DNA of 63,749 nucleotides, the filler included, from Choristocarpus tenellus KU-1152 (taxonomy: Eukaryota > Protista > Phaeophyceae): NCBI GenBank assembly GCA_964200185.2. It is 8 parts of 8 records of this genome, joined end to end, with 100 filler letters (N's around TTAATTAATTAA, not from the genome) between each part and the next. Parts side by side here need not be neighbours in the genome. Positions count along the whole stretch, not along the records: positions 34,750 to 50,076 come from CAXNAD020001017.1; positions 50,177 to 53,037 come from CAXNAD020024143.1; positions 53,138 to 56,038 come from CAXNAD020023789.1; 5 more parts are not named here. One strand, written 5' to 3'. Below the pieces are notes generated by a model that saw only the letters and a program-made list of their open reading frames with translations, made no database searches and was not told the origin of the DNA. How positions within the stretch are numbered: the stretch's first letter is position 1; each line of letters begins with the position of its first letter. Made by a program: the position numbers and the translations under genes. Positions 39,888 to 53,280 of the stretch are shown here, piece after piece.

Positions 39888-40540
39888 GACTCTGAAGGCG
39901 ATGGGGACTGACCCGTTTGTAACGCTTTGTCAGGTCCAGAGGAACTTGCACAGGAGGACGTGAGGGGGAGGCTAGGTAGGGACTAATAAGAGTCCACGCC
40001 TGTCAGGAGTGACCCATGTATGTCCCCAAACGCCCATTCGGTGGGCAACGGCGGCGACGAGTCCAAGGTGCCAGGGAACACCTACCATGATACTGTGTGG
40101 GGCGAAGTGAGAACACACCCATGCCCATCCAAACGCAACACCAAGGGACAAGCCTTCCGTGAAAGGTAACAGAAAGAGGAAAAGGACGATAATTGGGAAG
40201 AAGAGGTTGAGAGAAGACTCTGAAGGCGATGGGGACCGACCCGATTGTGACGCTTTGTCAGGTCCAGAGGAACTTATACAGGAGGACTTGGGTGGGCGGC
40301 TAGGCACGGACTCAGAGTCCACGCCTGTCGGGAGTGACCCCGGAATGTCCCCAAACACCCATTCGGTGGACAGTGGCGGCGACGAGTCCCAAGTGGCAGG
40401 GAACACCTACGACCATACTGTGAGGCGAAGTGAGAACCACATCCATGACGATCCTACCCCAACACCGAGGGACAAGCCTTCCGAGAAGGGTAAAGAAAAG
40501 GGGAAAAGGACGATAATTAGGAAGAAAAGGGTGAGAGAAG
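39888..40540 (+). repeat. ~329-bp tandem duplication with coding-like content
   Basis: GACTCTGAAGGCGATGGGGAC at 39888 and 40217; AGGGACAAGCCTTCCG...AAAAGGACGATAATT occurs twice. Copy 1 has a stop and copy 2 lies in ORF 40159-40635. Confidence 0.88.
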
Positions 40541-42099
40541 GTGCTGGACGGATGAGACCCTTCAAAGAGCCTCGTGGTCCTGATGGCAGCGCTTTAGAAC
40601 CTGGCTTCTTCGCAGACGTCTTCACTTCTGCCTAAAAGGGCAGAGACACGGTAAATCCATCTTCATCTACCTCGAGATACGACGATGACAACGAAACCTG
40701 CTCTTCGCAGTATCGAGTGCAGACTCAAATCCTCACCCAAGTCATATACGACCATGGGTTCAGGTTCATCAAGGCCGGTAAAGGGACCGTTTCTCTTGTT
40801 TTCGGGGATGAATGCTACGTCCACGAGCCCACATAGGTTCAACTCGGCGATCGTGGAGGGAAGCCAGGCAACACGTTGCGTCCCGAGCATGTGGAAGCAC
40901 TACATGCGAGGAAGGCCATCTTCTCGAGCCTCGTGAAGCCCGAACCGTGGAACAGCAGGTACTCTACACGCCTAAATCTATGGCACCTTCTTGTCGAGGC
41001 ATACCCTAAGCTTGCAGCATGGTGGGAGAAGGGTGAAGAATGCAATTTTGAATCCGCCCACCAATTGGAATAGGGGTTCAGTCGTTTCAGTTTTTTGTTG
41101 AAGTACGGATCTAGTTATAGGTACACTGATTTATGCGTCAGTGTACCTTGCCTTGATATCCGACTACCATGTCCATGCACTTTCCATTCGTTGAGTTATG
41201 CATTTAGACAATGGTATCGGATACATTGCCCCCTGCTTCTCAATACTCTATACACCATCTCATGCTTTGTCCAAGTGTCAACAAACTAGAACCGATCTCG
41301 TACTCCTTCGAATCTTGGAGGATCATACACCGAAGTCCACGCACGATGCTCCTAAGCATAGCACCAACGCAGGACCTCTGGAAGTGAGTCTTGAAACACT
41401 TTCAGAGAAACGTACGACAATAGACCTTGACCAATAACCATTTGCATACACCTCCAGAATCCGTCCGCACATTACATGAAAGATACGGTACACTAATCCG
41501 AAAACAAAACCTGACCCTTTTCCCTTCCTTCATACCAACAACTTCAACCCTAACACCCTCAGTGACAACCACGTTTGTTTACATACTAAATCCGACACAT
41601 GCACGCAAATAAAAGAAGTACTATATTTAAAACAGTACATGATATATGTTTTCGTTCCTCGTGCACACACTGAGAGAACAGGCCCTAACTGACAGTCCTC
41701 TTTGTGTACATACCAGACACGACTCATGCAAGCATATAAACGAAAAAAACAACCTCGCAACAGTCCATAGTCATTTTTTTCAATTCCTCATCCTAACAGT
41801 GGGAAAACACACCCTAACCGGCAGCCCTCTTTATGTGCTAACCAGATCTCACTCATGCAACCAAACAAACCAATAACCAGCCCTGGAAAAACCTGACCCA
41901 TATCTCTTATTCTTCATCGTAACTGCACGACCAACATACATAAACCAATAATCCAGTTTAAACAGACTCGAAATCTGACACATGCAAACGTCGAAACTCC
42001 TAACCAAACCCAAAAAATGGTGGCATATATTCCCATTCCTCTTGCCTACGCAAGGACAGAAAGGATCCTAACCAACAGTCTTCTTTTTTTTGCTGACAT

Positions 42100-42194
42100 T
42101 TCCAATCCGACACGTGCGACCAAATCACACCAGAAAGTGAGAATCGAAAGGGTGAAAACGGATGCCGACACCCCCCCCCCAGATACTTTGACCC
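42100..42194 (-). mobile_element. Terminus of CAAAGTATCT element (type B/C variant)
   Basis: ATCCGACACGTGCGACCAAATCACAC matches the reverse complement of the 56693 interior; ends CCCCCAGATACTTTGACCC. A matching variant end lies at 50035-50076. Confidence 0.75.
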
Positions 42195-42295
42195 TGTTGG
42201 ATAGTGCCTCTGTTACAATGTGCTCCGCAACCTTACCATGATGGGATGTGTAGCTCAAATCCACAAGGCTGTATGTGGATGATCAGGCTAATAGA

Positions 42296-42520
42296 GAGCG
42301 CCATAAAGGAAAAGTCGTTGAATATGCTAGATCTCTCACCTCCATTATTTTCTTTATGGATATAATTGGGTTATTAAAATAGGTCTGAACAACACCTCGT
42401 TCTAAGTGAGCGCCATAAAGGAAAAGTCGTTGAATATGCTAGATCTCTCATCTCCATTATTTTCTTTATAGATATAATTGGGTTATTAAAATAGGTCTGA
42501 ACAACACCTCGTTCTAAGTG
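42296..42520. repeat. 112-bp near-perfect tandem duplication
   Basis: GAGCGCCATAAAGG...CCTCGTTCTAAGT starts at 42296 and 42408; about two substitutions. Confidence 0.95.
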
Positions 42521-42690
42521 TGTGGCCTCATAATGCCTAAATAATAACTCAAAGATCAAAAATCGAGGAATTCAAGGTCATAATGGCGTTTATGAAACCG
42601 CTACTAAGACAAATCGCCTGTAACACCTCTCCCTCCCTATAGATCTGCTAGGGGCGAGTCTAAACTCTTCAGGAGGAATCCAGTATGTAA

Positions 42691-42740
42691 TTATGCCCTC
42701 TGACATTTGAAGATGTGTCAAGGGGGTGAAAAACCAGAAC
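42691..42740 (-). repeat. CRE-like 3' hairpin motif, reverse copy
   Basis: TTATGCCCTCTGACATTTGAAGATGTGTCAAGGGGG is the reverse complement of the motif at 81-136. Confidence 0.72.
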
Positions 42741-45700
42741 TATCACTACTACTACTGCTGTTAGTGTGGATTCAACACTAGTTCCAGGTCATCAATACAT
42801 TTCTATCCTCAATCGATGCCAGGTGTGACACTATTCATTCTTCCCAGAGGTACAAGTAATGCTAAATTTATCGTAAACACCTACAAAATAGTATATGTAT
42901 GTTATTATGTCATCTGGTATTTGCTCGCTTGGAGATCTGCTTTGCCCGACACATCTATCTCCAATATGTCAGAGGGTGTGACAATGTGCTCCGAGTACTT
43001 TGGAGACATGTCACAGAAAATTAGGAACAATATCACAAGGACTAATGTAAATATAACGGTTGTCGTCAACATGAAGACACCTCCTGCGATAGACACCTTC
43101 ATGCCAAGATAAAACTTTGAGGTACCCTTCCTAGGTATACCTAGCGTCTGTTGCCTTGTATGACATCAGCATTTCTACCCGTTGACATCAACATCAGCAT
43201 GTTGAGTGGAGCTTCCAAGCCCCAGTCATTCACTTCCCTTCTCACTCCTTTCCTGGGTGACCTTAGACTTTCTTGCCCTTCTGCGTTGTCCCTCTCCTTT
43301 CCATTCCTCGTATGGGCCTTCACCTTCTCCTTCAGTCTGAATAATCTGCCTGCCAGTTTACACATTTTCACAGTGGTGACAGCCGCACAGCAGTTCTGAA
43401 GTGGAAGAGTACTTCAATATCACTTTGGGGACGCTCTTAAGTAGCACATTGCTCGTGCTTTGAGCACCACACACTTACTCCGTGTATGTATGCCACATCA
43501 TCCAGATTGGCAAGTAGTTTGATCCAGGAAACAAAACACCACTTTCCACAGCTTCATGCGGAAGAATTTATGGAAAGCAGCGATTTCGAACAACTTCTAG
43601 CACCATTTCATGATCAAGGCCCTCACTCCTTCGATGGGGTTCTCCTAGAGAATGGGAAGAAATCCTCCACAAACCATCAGGAATATTTTTCAACACGGAT
43701 TTCTTATTTCTAGGTGGTGGACCAGCGAGTCGTGCGACAATTGATGCCAATGGAAAATCATCTGTTGGTTCTGTGGCCAAAACCAATCCACCCAGCCCAC
43801 AAACCTCCCAGGATGTCCCAATGGTGTTGTCACAGATGTGATCTCCAACTCCAGAAGCTTCATCTACCGCAGACCTGTGGGTCAACCTGACCATTGCAGA
43901 ATTATGGGAAGAAGTCGACGAGGCAAAGCCCATCGAACATGGAATTTATTTAGAATCTGATGGAGATGAGGAATCTGACCAATGCCTCTATCCTCTTAAC
44001 ATAGATTGCCACTCTTCTGGCCCCGAACAAACGACTTAAACATGAAGTCTACACCCTGAACCGTCACCTTGTTAACTTAAGCACCGTTCTCACTCCTATG
44101 ATACCACCCCCTCAAGGTCGCCCTCAATGAGTGATTCGTCAAGTGGAGGAACGTCCGTTCCCAAAAGTCCTTTGTAAGCAGCGGAATTAGGATAATGAAT
44201 GGGTTGGTGCTGTGACTACGTCAACATGCTGGGTGTTAAAACATAGGCTACTCGCTCTGTGGTCCGTAGATCAGCTCACTAACGTCAACTAGTGTCGACT
44301 GTTGACCTGTCCACTATGATTAATTGTAATGTTTCCTCAGGGTCTGAGTGCCCACATTGCATGTATACCGATCTGCGAGGTGTATGATTACAATTTAACA
44401 TTGCCCTATGCATGGTTATAGTAATTTGGTCTCTGGGTTAGGTAAGTAGGTATTACTCAACATACAAACTCAGTACACGACACATACAGGTCGATTCAGG
44501 ATTAGAGTTGAGTTCTCTGATTTTCCGAAGTCTCTATCATCATTAAATGCATACCTAGACTCCCGGTCTTTCTGGTTGACGAATCTGCCTGAGGCTGTCA
44601 TAGGCAATGTGTCTTAATGGCAGTTTCATAAACATCATCGTGACTTTAGGTCCTAAATTTTAGAAAATATATCTTGCATTTCTTCACCATTTATCTACGT
44701 CAATGTTTTAAAACTATTTATGATGACCTATATAAGCTGCACAAGTTTGTTCAGTCCTTTTTTTATACCTCAATCAAAGCAATTAAGTGAATAATCGAAG
44801 TGAGAGATCCAGCATATTTTATAACATTTCAATTATTTACCCCTCTACAAGCCTCTTCATTCGCCTATAGGCTTGTGTATTGAAGCTACATATCTCATCA
44901 TGATAATGTTGTGGAGCAATTTGTAGTGTGTTCCAACAAAGACGCATCGCCTGTGACAAGACCCCTTCAAGCTGACTTTCCTTGGCATCCTGAGTCGCTT
45001 GACGCCTCAGACACACTGCGTTCTGGTGTTTCAAAACAATCCCACAGCTTACCATGATAGGATATGCCCCTCCAATCGACAAGCCCGTAGAATGACGATG
45101 AGGCCTCAAAGGCAGTGCCATAATGGAAATGTCATCCATTGTGCTGGATCGATCTCACACTTCAATTATTCTCTTAATGCTCTGATTGGGGTATACAGAA
45201 AGAACCTCCAGAAAGGGCACAAAAAACGTTTGGTCTCACTATGACTTGATAGTAAATCAATCTTCAAGAAGCACAACAATAAAATCTAGGACTTCAATAA
45301 CACAGTGACGTTTATAAAACCTTCATTGAGACACATCGCCTCTGTCATCTTCCCCCAGCATGAAGCATAACTGCTTCATTACAAAGAATAGGCAATTGGA
45401 CAAGGAAGTGTTATCTCTCCTTATCCTATCATGAGCGTGGCAGAAAAAAAATAAATTTCACTTCCAGGTCCTAACATATCAACATATCAGTAAGCAGCGT
45501 TGGGGCTCCAGCAAACTAGGAAACCTGGCGAAAAACCCCCTTCCAATGTTTGTCCTGATGGCACACATGATTACCACAAGGAACTCACCCTGCATTTGAC
45601 TTGACGTCCAAGAGAAAAACTTTCTACACCAGAGTATCACACTTATCTGAAATTGGGGTTCTTTCACGTAAGTACTACCTCCTTTCAGCACCTTCAATAT

Positions 45701-45869
45701 TTTGTCACCTCCCTCAAGGCACGGCCAATAAGCTTGCCACAGTCTGCTGGTTTCCATCCACCGTCAATCCCATCTCAGAAAGGGTCACCGTATCACCCTA
45801 GCCTTATCTGATCTCTCACTTGGGCAATCGTTCTCCCCTTTGCTATTTCCTCCTTAACATCGCCCCAGT

Positions 45870-46040
45870 ACTAAACTAGGAACCTGCAAATACGTGCTTT
45901 CCTCCTCTCTGTCAAAATTGGGACCTTGACTCGAACCCTTCACCACTCATGGCCAAAGCACTTCAGGATGGTACCCAGACCCCTCAATGAGAGTTCCACA
46001 CCAAACTCTTTCTTTACCCAGATCACCAAATCCCAACGAG
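45870..46040 (-). pseudogene. Tc1/IS630-like transposase winged-HTH remnant
   Basis: DLVIWVKKEFGVELSLRGLGTILKCFGHEW*RVRVKVPILTERRKARICRF follows the LxxWxxxEFGVxxSxxxLxxxLxxxG pattern. Confidence 0.6.
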
Positions 46041-49000
46041 TGCTGTGTAAAGATGAAGATTTCCATCTCGTTGGCCTGTGATATAAACAAATATGCACCT
46101 CTAATCAAAGTCCACTTGAACTATATACCTCGAGCCCAGAGGTGCAACAGATATCCCCGTTTTCCAAGTTATCACCAAAAGAAAACCTTGTCATATCCTA
46201 ACCCTGCTGCTAGCCCCATGTGGTTGTAGACAACAAACTGCTGTTACAGAATCAGTAGTGTACAATGCCTCCCCTCGGAAAAACCTCTCCACTGACCAGT
46301 GAGTTTCTCCACTTGCTCTTTGGTATCAGCTTCCTTAATCTCTTGAGCTTCATATCTGGCAGCACCCTCCACCCATTTCTTCCACGCTATAACTGTCCGT
46401 GCTCTTGACTGCTATTTTCCTCGACCTTCCCCTCTTGTTTTGCTAATGTTAGATATGTGCAGAGTTAGTTCTTCCACTATTTTCCTTATATGGTAACAAA
46501 CCTTTGCTCATCACAATCATGGACCCCAGCACTGAATAGTGTCATAATCGCATTGAACCAACTTCTTCATAGAGCATATTACAAGGTTTATCACATTGAG
46601 TACCACCAGTGAATCCGTACACTGTGTCACCTCTTCGCATTACAAGAGTTCAAGCCTCTACAAAGAGCACTTCACCTGAACCAACGATTCTTTCAAATCA
46701 AGGTTTTAACACTGGTAGCGCCAGAACACGTTTTTGTCGAAGAGAAGAAGGCCAAAACAGACGAAGCACGTGCTAGAAACTCTGGTAGATGTTGAAGGGA
46801 AGCAAAAGACACTCTCCCCGGTACTCATTTTGAGTATGAAGTCGACGGGGTTGCCAAACGAACCAAGCATAGCTCATTTTCAGTACAACTCGCACCTCAG
46901 ACCCTATTCATCCCTGGTATATCCAGATTAAGCATGCTTTACATCCGATTTTTCCTTTGGGTTCAGACCGTAACTCTCATAATGTTCTACTTCAATATGG
47001 TTCACCATTGCCTAGTCGTACTAGGCCTCTCTTCCTTGGTGTCTCAAATAACCTTCTAAACGCATTCGTGTTGAAGAAAAAATGAATTCTGGACTTGACG
47101 CACGAACTGTAGACACGACTATTGATATCCCACGCATTTCTCACAATTTTATTACGTGCCCACACTAACCTACAGAATTCCTGTATTGAACCTATTCTAC
47201 CAGAATCAACCTATGTTCTGCAGGTGACAGTGCTTTGACTGCCATGGGGTTTATCAGGTTTTCTGTCAAGCAGGTGATATCAGCTTCCAGTGGAGGCTTT
47301 GGTACTATCCACCTTAGACCCTGATGATGTCCTCTACAATAGTAGCGCCCTTGATGTCCTTGGAGCAATGTATGATCAGCATGTTCAGACCTTGTCATTC
47401 TGTACGAGCAATACTGTAAATTCTGCCATACATCTTACTGCCCACCCTTCCGATATTTCACCACCTTAGTTGCAGATAGCAGCTATCCGTGCTCAGATTA
47501 ACCTACCCCATTTCGTCTTCAGGAAAAAAAACATTCCTGCCCAGCCAGGTATTCTTGCACCTGCTGTTAGTAATGAACTCCAAGCTACCACTTGTGATGC
47601 TTTTTTTGAACCAGTATCTCTTCATTCCATGACATCAATCCACTGAATACCCATGATCCTTGGAAGTTTTTTGCTATTGCCTGAACAGTGACAATGTGGA
47701 ATGCTTGATGATGGTTCAAGGTTCAGGGTTGATACAATTTGCGAAAATGTCTCCCCAAACAGTCCATATACCAAAAAGGTAATTTTGTTGGTCACATCTG
47801 CCCAGTAGATATAGTCAGCACAAAACACACTCACATTGGTGCTCTATCTTAAACATCTCATACAGCAGGCGACCAGATGGAACCCTACCTTACCTCCGGT
47901 CGATATGATGAGATAATCAAGCAAGCTCCAGGCCAGTTTGTTGAGGAAGTATGAACCTTCTGTTCGTAGATAGTGCTGCTGATACACATAGACACCACCT
48001 GTGGATTAGATAATAGGATGGAGAGCCAGTAACAGATATATTATATGTATTGACTCATAGTGTTGATTGGTTTTAGATCATGTTCAAGATACACTACCTA
48101 TACTTAAGATAAGTAAATAAGTAATTCATAGTAAATTAGTGTGGACGATCACAAACCCCACACTTTAGAGTAATGATGGCAATTAAGGCTAGAGTCGAGC
48201 TCAGTCAGCGGAATCGAGACCACAAAGGCCCTTGTAATACTAACATTGTTCATCTATATCAAGCTGTTCTTTGTCCTTCATTAAAGCACCACAAAAGCCG
48301 CGGGTCCAGTGTGGGATAGTTCAACACCTTCTTCCTTCCAAATGACTTTCCCTGTAATACATCGTTGGAGGGGAGACCTATAGCAAAAAGTGAGTGATTA
48401 TCATACGTACCTTTCTCTCTAACATATGTTGCCGTGGCCCACAGGGTGATACTCAATACACGGGAGTCTTATATCTTTCACGCCTGCCAAGCATCAACAT
48501 CACACATGTGTACTCTCCCCTTCCCTGCAAGTTCTCCAAGAGCCTTGGAGGTGTCAGAAACGAGAAAGATACAAACAGATGAAGGAGAATGCTGCGGACA
48601 GGGCTGGCAAAGGCCGACAAGGTTAAAAGCAGGGTGAAAAAGGTAAAGAAGGGTAGCCTGTCAAAGACGGAAATTCAGAAGGTGGAGGTCAAAGATCTGC
48701 TCTTAAATGTATCAAGGCTGAAAAGGCATACGAAAAGAGGAATCTGAAGGGGTTTGGAGGCGGGACAGTGTTCAAGGTGGCACACCACGTGTACAAGGAA
48801 GGCAAGGAGGGAAAGACAACTCCCTCACACTTATTATGGCTCATCTGATTATGTGTAGGACTGAGCGTGTTGTAGATCGTTTTCCTAGCCCATTATATGA
48901 GACATTCCACAATGTTCTTCAGCATCATCATTGACTGCGTCATTCATGAAACATGCATTGTGGAACGAATAGAGTATGCGAAATTGATGGAATTAATCAA

Positions 49001-50198
49001 TATGAATCTGAAGGTGAAGGAGGCTGTGTTTGTGCCAGGTATGGAAGATTGTGAAGTCCTCCTCAAATCATCCGACGATCCAAGGCATCCTGCACACCCC
49101 AAAGGCAGGTGGCCAAGGTAAGCATACTGGTCATTGTGGGTAACTGTTTTCGACCAGAAAGGTATGTTGTCGGTTCTTTTCAATAACTGTGTCAAACTTG
49201 ATTCCCACGTGTATTCATAAATACACCAATATCACGTCCAGGCTGATCTTTTCAGTCTAAAGTGGTACCAGTAGCTTAGCCCTCTACAGCAATCTTGCCT
49301 TTTTTCAGTGCATTGCCACAAGAAATATACAACGATATATATATATGAAATGAAAGCTTATATCAAGAGTAACCCTAACTTCGATGAATAGGAGCGATGC
49401 CCCGACCAAATAAGGAAAAAAAAAACGTGGAGGAACAGCTCCGGCGTAATTTTGATCTCAAAACCTCAGAAGGTAAAAAATAAAGTGGTTGGCTGAATTC
49501 CCCCCAAAACACTCACCCGGGTTAGGCCGCTGCCCAAATCTGGTGCTTGTGGCAATACCAAAAAAAAGAGTAAGATTTGCCGAAATCTTTTTAGCGTCAT
49601 TTGTGGACAGAGTGTGAGGACACACACGGGTGACCCCACAGCAACATGGACCACGACGGTGAGACAAGGAGAGTCAACGAGGCCACTCTTCCCCCTGGAT
49701 CTACCCTACGTACCTTTTCTGTCGAGAGGTGACAGAAAAACAGGTACCGTGTGAAAATCGGTGCAATGTTAGGTGATGAGAAAGTGCGTATACTGTGGCG
49801 GAGCAGCATGATCAAATCTAGCAATGGACCACGCGGCCGCAACACTGACGCTGAGAGAAGATGCATTGAAAGCATTACCACACAAACGTGGTTGGATCTT
49901 CAACCGCTGCGGAGTACTGCTCCACAGTCTCTGCCGCCTCTGGAAAGCAGGAAGAGAGCAACGAGTCCATCACCAGGTGGTAGAGGGACGAAGTCTGTGG
50001 GGAAGCCTGGTCTCGGTGGGCGAAGGGAAGGTTGGGGTCAAATTATCTGGGGGGGGGTGCCGGCGTCCCTTTTTTANNNNNNNNNNNNNNNNNNNNNNNN
50101 NNNNNNNNNNNNNNNNNNNNTTAATTAATTAANNNNNNNNNNNNNNNNNNNNNNNNNNNNNNNNNNNNNNNNNNNNGCTAACAACGACATATATATAT

Positions 50199-50260
50199 AG
50201 TTTTCATTGGTTTCCCCCCTGACACATCTGCAGAGTATCAGAGGGCATAATAATAATAAT
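50199..50260 (+). repeat. CRE-like 3' hairpin + (TAA)n tail
   Basis: AGTTTTCATTGGTTTCCCCCCTGACACATCTGCAGAGTATCAGAGGGCATAATAATAATAAT. Confidence 0.78.
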
Positions 50261-50514
50261 AGTAAAATTATGGAGAAACCTCCACCTATATGCAAAGAAA
50301 GGAAGTTGTTTTTGTTATACCAAATTTGCTGTAGGCATATCCCGTCATACCGAGTTTTTTTTCTGAGAACTTCGGTTCAATTATGTGGAGGATTTTAGGA
50401 GGGATAGATTTCTGTGTCTTCCTGTAACGTCCCACAGAATCGCACGATTCATACCTAGCATCATTAAAAAAGTAAGTCTTGTTGACATAAAAAATACCTA
50501 AAATATGTTTGAAT

Positions 50515-51008
50515 ATATCCCACTACGAGGGCTCTTTTCACCCTCGTAGTTATAACCTCAACAACTTTGCAGTGGAAAGTTTTGGGCGACTCGGCAAGCA
50601 AACGGAAAGTTTTTTGGATGAGCAAGCTACTCATGCGATAGGGGGGAGAGGAACAGGAGGTTATAGCAGGAAGGGGGCTGTCAAATTCTGTCTACGACAG
50701 ATAGTTTCTTTCACAAACCCTATCCAGACGGGTCTTGCGCTTTGAGCTGGAGACACCACTGAGATGGGCAAGGAAGGGCTTTTTAGATTTGTGGGATGCC
50801 TCCCTAGCCCCCCACCCTAGAGTACAGGACTAAGCTAGATAGAGGCACGGGAAGGGAGCGGTGTAGTATAACTAGTAGTAAATAGCGAATAGATTCATGT
50901 TTTTCACATTTATGGCAACTTTTGCTTTTTTGGGTTTATTCTGACATATGAATATTTTTTGTTGATTTTTTCCCTGACACATCGACAAAATGTCAGAGGG
51001 CATATAAC
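50515..51008 (+). mobile_element. 5'-truncated CRE-clade (RLE) non-LTR retrotransposon: endonuclease C-terminus, 3' UTR and terminal hairpin
   Basis: HYEGSFHPRSYNLNNFAVESFGRLGKQTESFLDE...RKGAVKFCLRQIVS contains the (F/L)AVESxGR motif of CRE restriction-like endonucleases. It is followed ~230 bp later by CCCTGACACATCGACAAAATGTCAGAGGGCAT. Confidence 0.8.
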
Positions 51009-51597
51009 AAAAAATATATCTTACCTATAAAATTATCCTCCCTTGAAGATTGTTAATTACCACGTAACGTGTACGCTGCTGCTTTGCCTCTAGCCTAGCT
51101 TAGCTTGCAAAGGTGGGCGTTGACCTCAGGAAGTATCCTGATAGGTCCCTTTTGGCCCATCTGCCTGGTGTATCTACCTTGAAACGCACGATGCATCTTG
51201 AGAGAGTCACTTGTGCAGTGACGGTCCCTATCTCTTACGAACGGGACTTCGCAGTCCCTTTCCTACAATATCCTCCCGGCCTTCTCTGCCCTACTGCGTC
51301 TGTGGCTAACTCATCTTAAAAAACCTTCTGCTTGCTTTCGAAGGGGCCCAAAACTCCTCACTGTGAAGATGTTGACACTAAAACTGCCAGGGTCGAAAGA
51401 ACCCTCGTAACTGATGCGCTTTGTCAAATAACTAGTGTTATACTTACGTTGTGTGTGTGCTGATACAAGCATATAACACAGTTTTACATACGTTTGTCTT
51501 CAGTTGGGTACAATACAGAGTAATAACGGTCATAAACGGTATGATGAGTCAGTCTTTGGTCATACGTCAGTGACAATGGATGGCCAAGACAAAAGTG

Positions 51598-52130
51598 CCT
51601 CTGCTGCAGTAGCAGTTACACCATTCCTGGTGGATGAATGAGGTAGATAAGAGACTGCTTGCTCGTATCAAAAAGCAACATACAGAAGTAGGCTTTCCTT
51701 GTCCTGGAAGGGGGCTGAGCCAGTGTCTGGAAGTGCCTGATTGCGGAAGATCACATCCATGCGGAAATCCAGGTCCACTGTGAATGGGCGACCATCCTCC
51801 ATAGTGCAAGAGATTCCCATTCCTCTGCAGAGTGTGCTTGTACACCTGTCCTCCCACTCTAGGGTAGGTACGAACATGTCGGGTATGGACATTGTGCCTC
51901 CTGCGCCCGGTCACCAGGCACTTGTTGGATAGAGCCTCCTCTCTCCCTAGAAATCTGCTGGCAGTGAGTCTAAAATCTACGGGAGGGATCTGGCGTGCTG
52001 GTTCCAGGGGTTGTGTGGAGGGCTATGCATTGGCCTCGGTCTGGATCTGGTTGAGCTGAGAGATAAATCATATGCTAGGCCGTTGGATGATGAGGTTTGA
52101 GCAATCATTGTTGGAATGACCTACCATGAC
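51598..52130 (-). pseudogene. CRE-clade non-LTR retrotransposon fragment (pre-zinc-finger region and RLE N-half)
   Basis: PLEPARQIPPVDFRLTASRFLG ... GMGISCTMEDGRPFTVDLDFRMDVIF...DKESLLLYVAF ... SSTRNGVTATAAEA. RMD corresponds to the RxD of PD-(D/E)xK; frameshifted. Confidence 0.72.
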
Positions 52131-52988
52131 AAGTCCAGTTGTTCCGCTACGTTATCCTGCAAAATCAGCCATATACCTCTCACAACCACAACTACCACCA
52201 ACGATTGTCGTGATCTTCTCCCCACATGCTGGAAAAGAATCCAACGCAATAGTTGCAGGGGTGATGAAGGGTTATGCTTCAAATATCTCAGGGGGTTCAT
52301 GAGCTCCTTCCTCTTTCCCTCGACCTGGTCCTTCACGTCTTAGTAAAGCATTGACACAGTTCATGCCATCATTACCGATATCATTTTCAGCAGAGGTGGC
52401 AAGAGGCAAGGTACAATAAAAAAAGAATTAACCTCCGCAAAAGCAAGAAAGAAAAAAAGTTTTATGTTGAAGGAGCTACGCAAGCCTTGAACAAGCAATG
52501 GATGAGGTTCAGTTCTTTGTTCCAATGAGTACCCCTTAGCAATTCCTTCTTTCAATTCTTCATTATATACCATAGGCAACACAGATGGATGAACTCTGGA
52601 ATCTAATCTTTCACAGCACTGACCAGGGCCATATCAGTAATTGTGTTGAAGACCTGCAATAAACATGGATGATAGAAAGAAATACCAAAACATTAAACTG
52701 TAATGTTTTTTGTCAGGTCACCCAAAAGATTTCACAATAATACTGACTTGCCGTGGATAGTTCCAGTTTGTCCTTGAGTTAGGTTGGAGTCTACGTAAAT
52801 ATTGAGTCTAACCTATACCACACACTAGATTGAAGCCACACCATGCCTTATCCTGACCTTTTCCCTCTTTAGTCATTTTTTGCACCCCACAGAGATTGTA
52901 TCAACACTTGATTAACAATTGGTTGGAGGTACATGAAATTCTCCCCTCCCTGTCCAACCACTTGTCCTCACACATACCCCATGTATTG

Positions 52989-53037
52989 GAGTGAAAGTAT
53001 CTTAGAGGGTACGAGTTTTGCCCTGTTTATCCATTTG
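52989..53037 (-). mobile_element. Type A MITE end at contig break
   Basis: GAGTGAAAGTATCTTAGAGGGTACGAGTTTTG is the reverse complement of the right end of the 20975/39186 copies. Confidence 0.85.
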
Positions 53038-53280
53038 NNNNNNNNNNNNNNNNNNNNNNNNNNNNNNNNNNNNNNNNNNNNTTAATTAATTAANNNNNNN
53101 NNNNNNNNNNNNNNNNNNNNNNNNNNNNNNNNNNNNNCCGTCTTGCCCGGTAATTCTCTTCACCACCCTTGCCTGAGTGAACCACCTCGCCACAGAATCA
53201 CACCATTCACAATAAATAAATATCCACGCAATGTTTTATAGTAGTCTTATGTTTAGGACATTTTATATACATACATATAA

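Noticed and set aside
42944-42980. Sixth copy of the CRE hairpin (CCGACACATCT...ATGTCAGAGGG)
   Set aside because: Lacks the upstream TTTTCATTGG and the TAA tail; may be chance or very old.
48570-49121. MULE/SWIM transposase remnant
   Set aside because: Only a PxxxKGRxPR-like end; no convincing DDE or SWIM cysteines.
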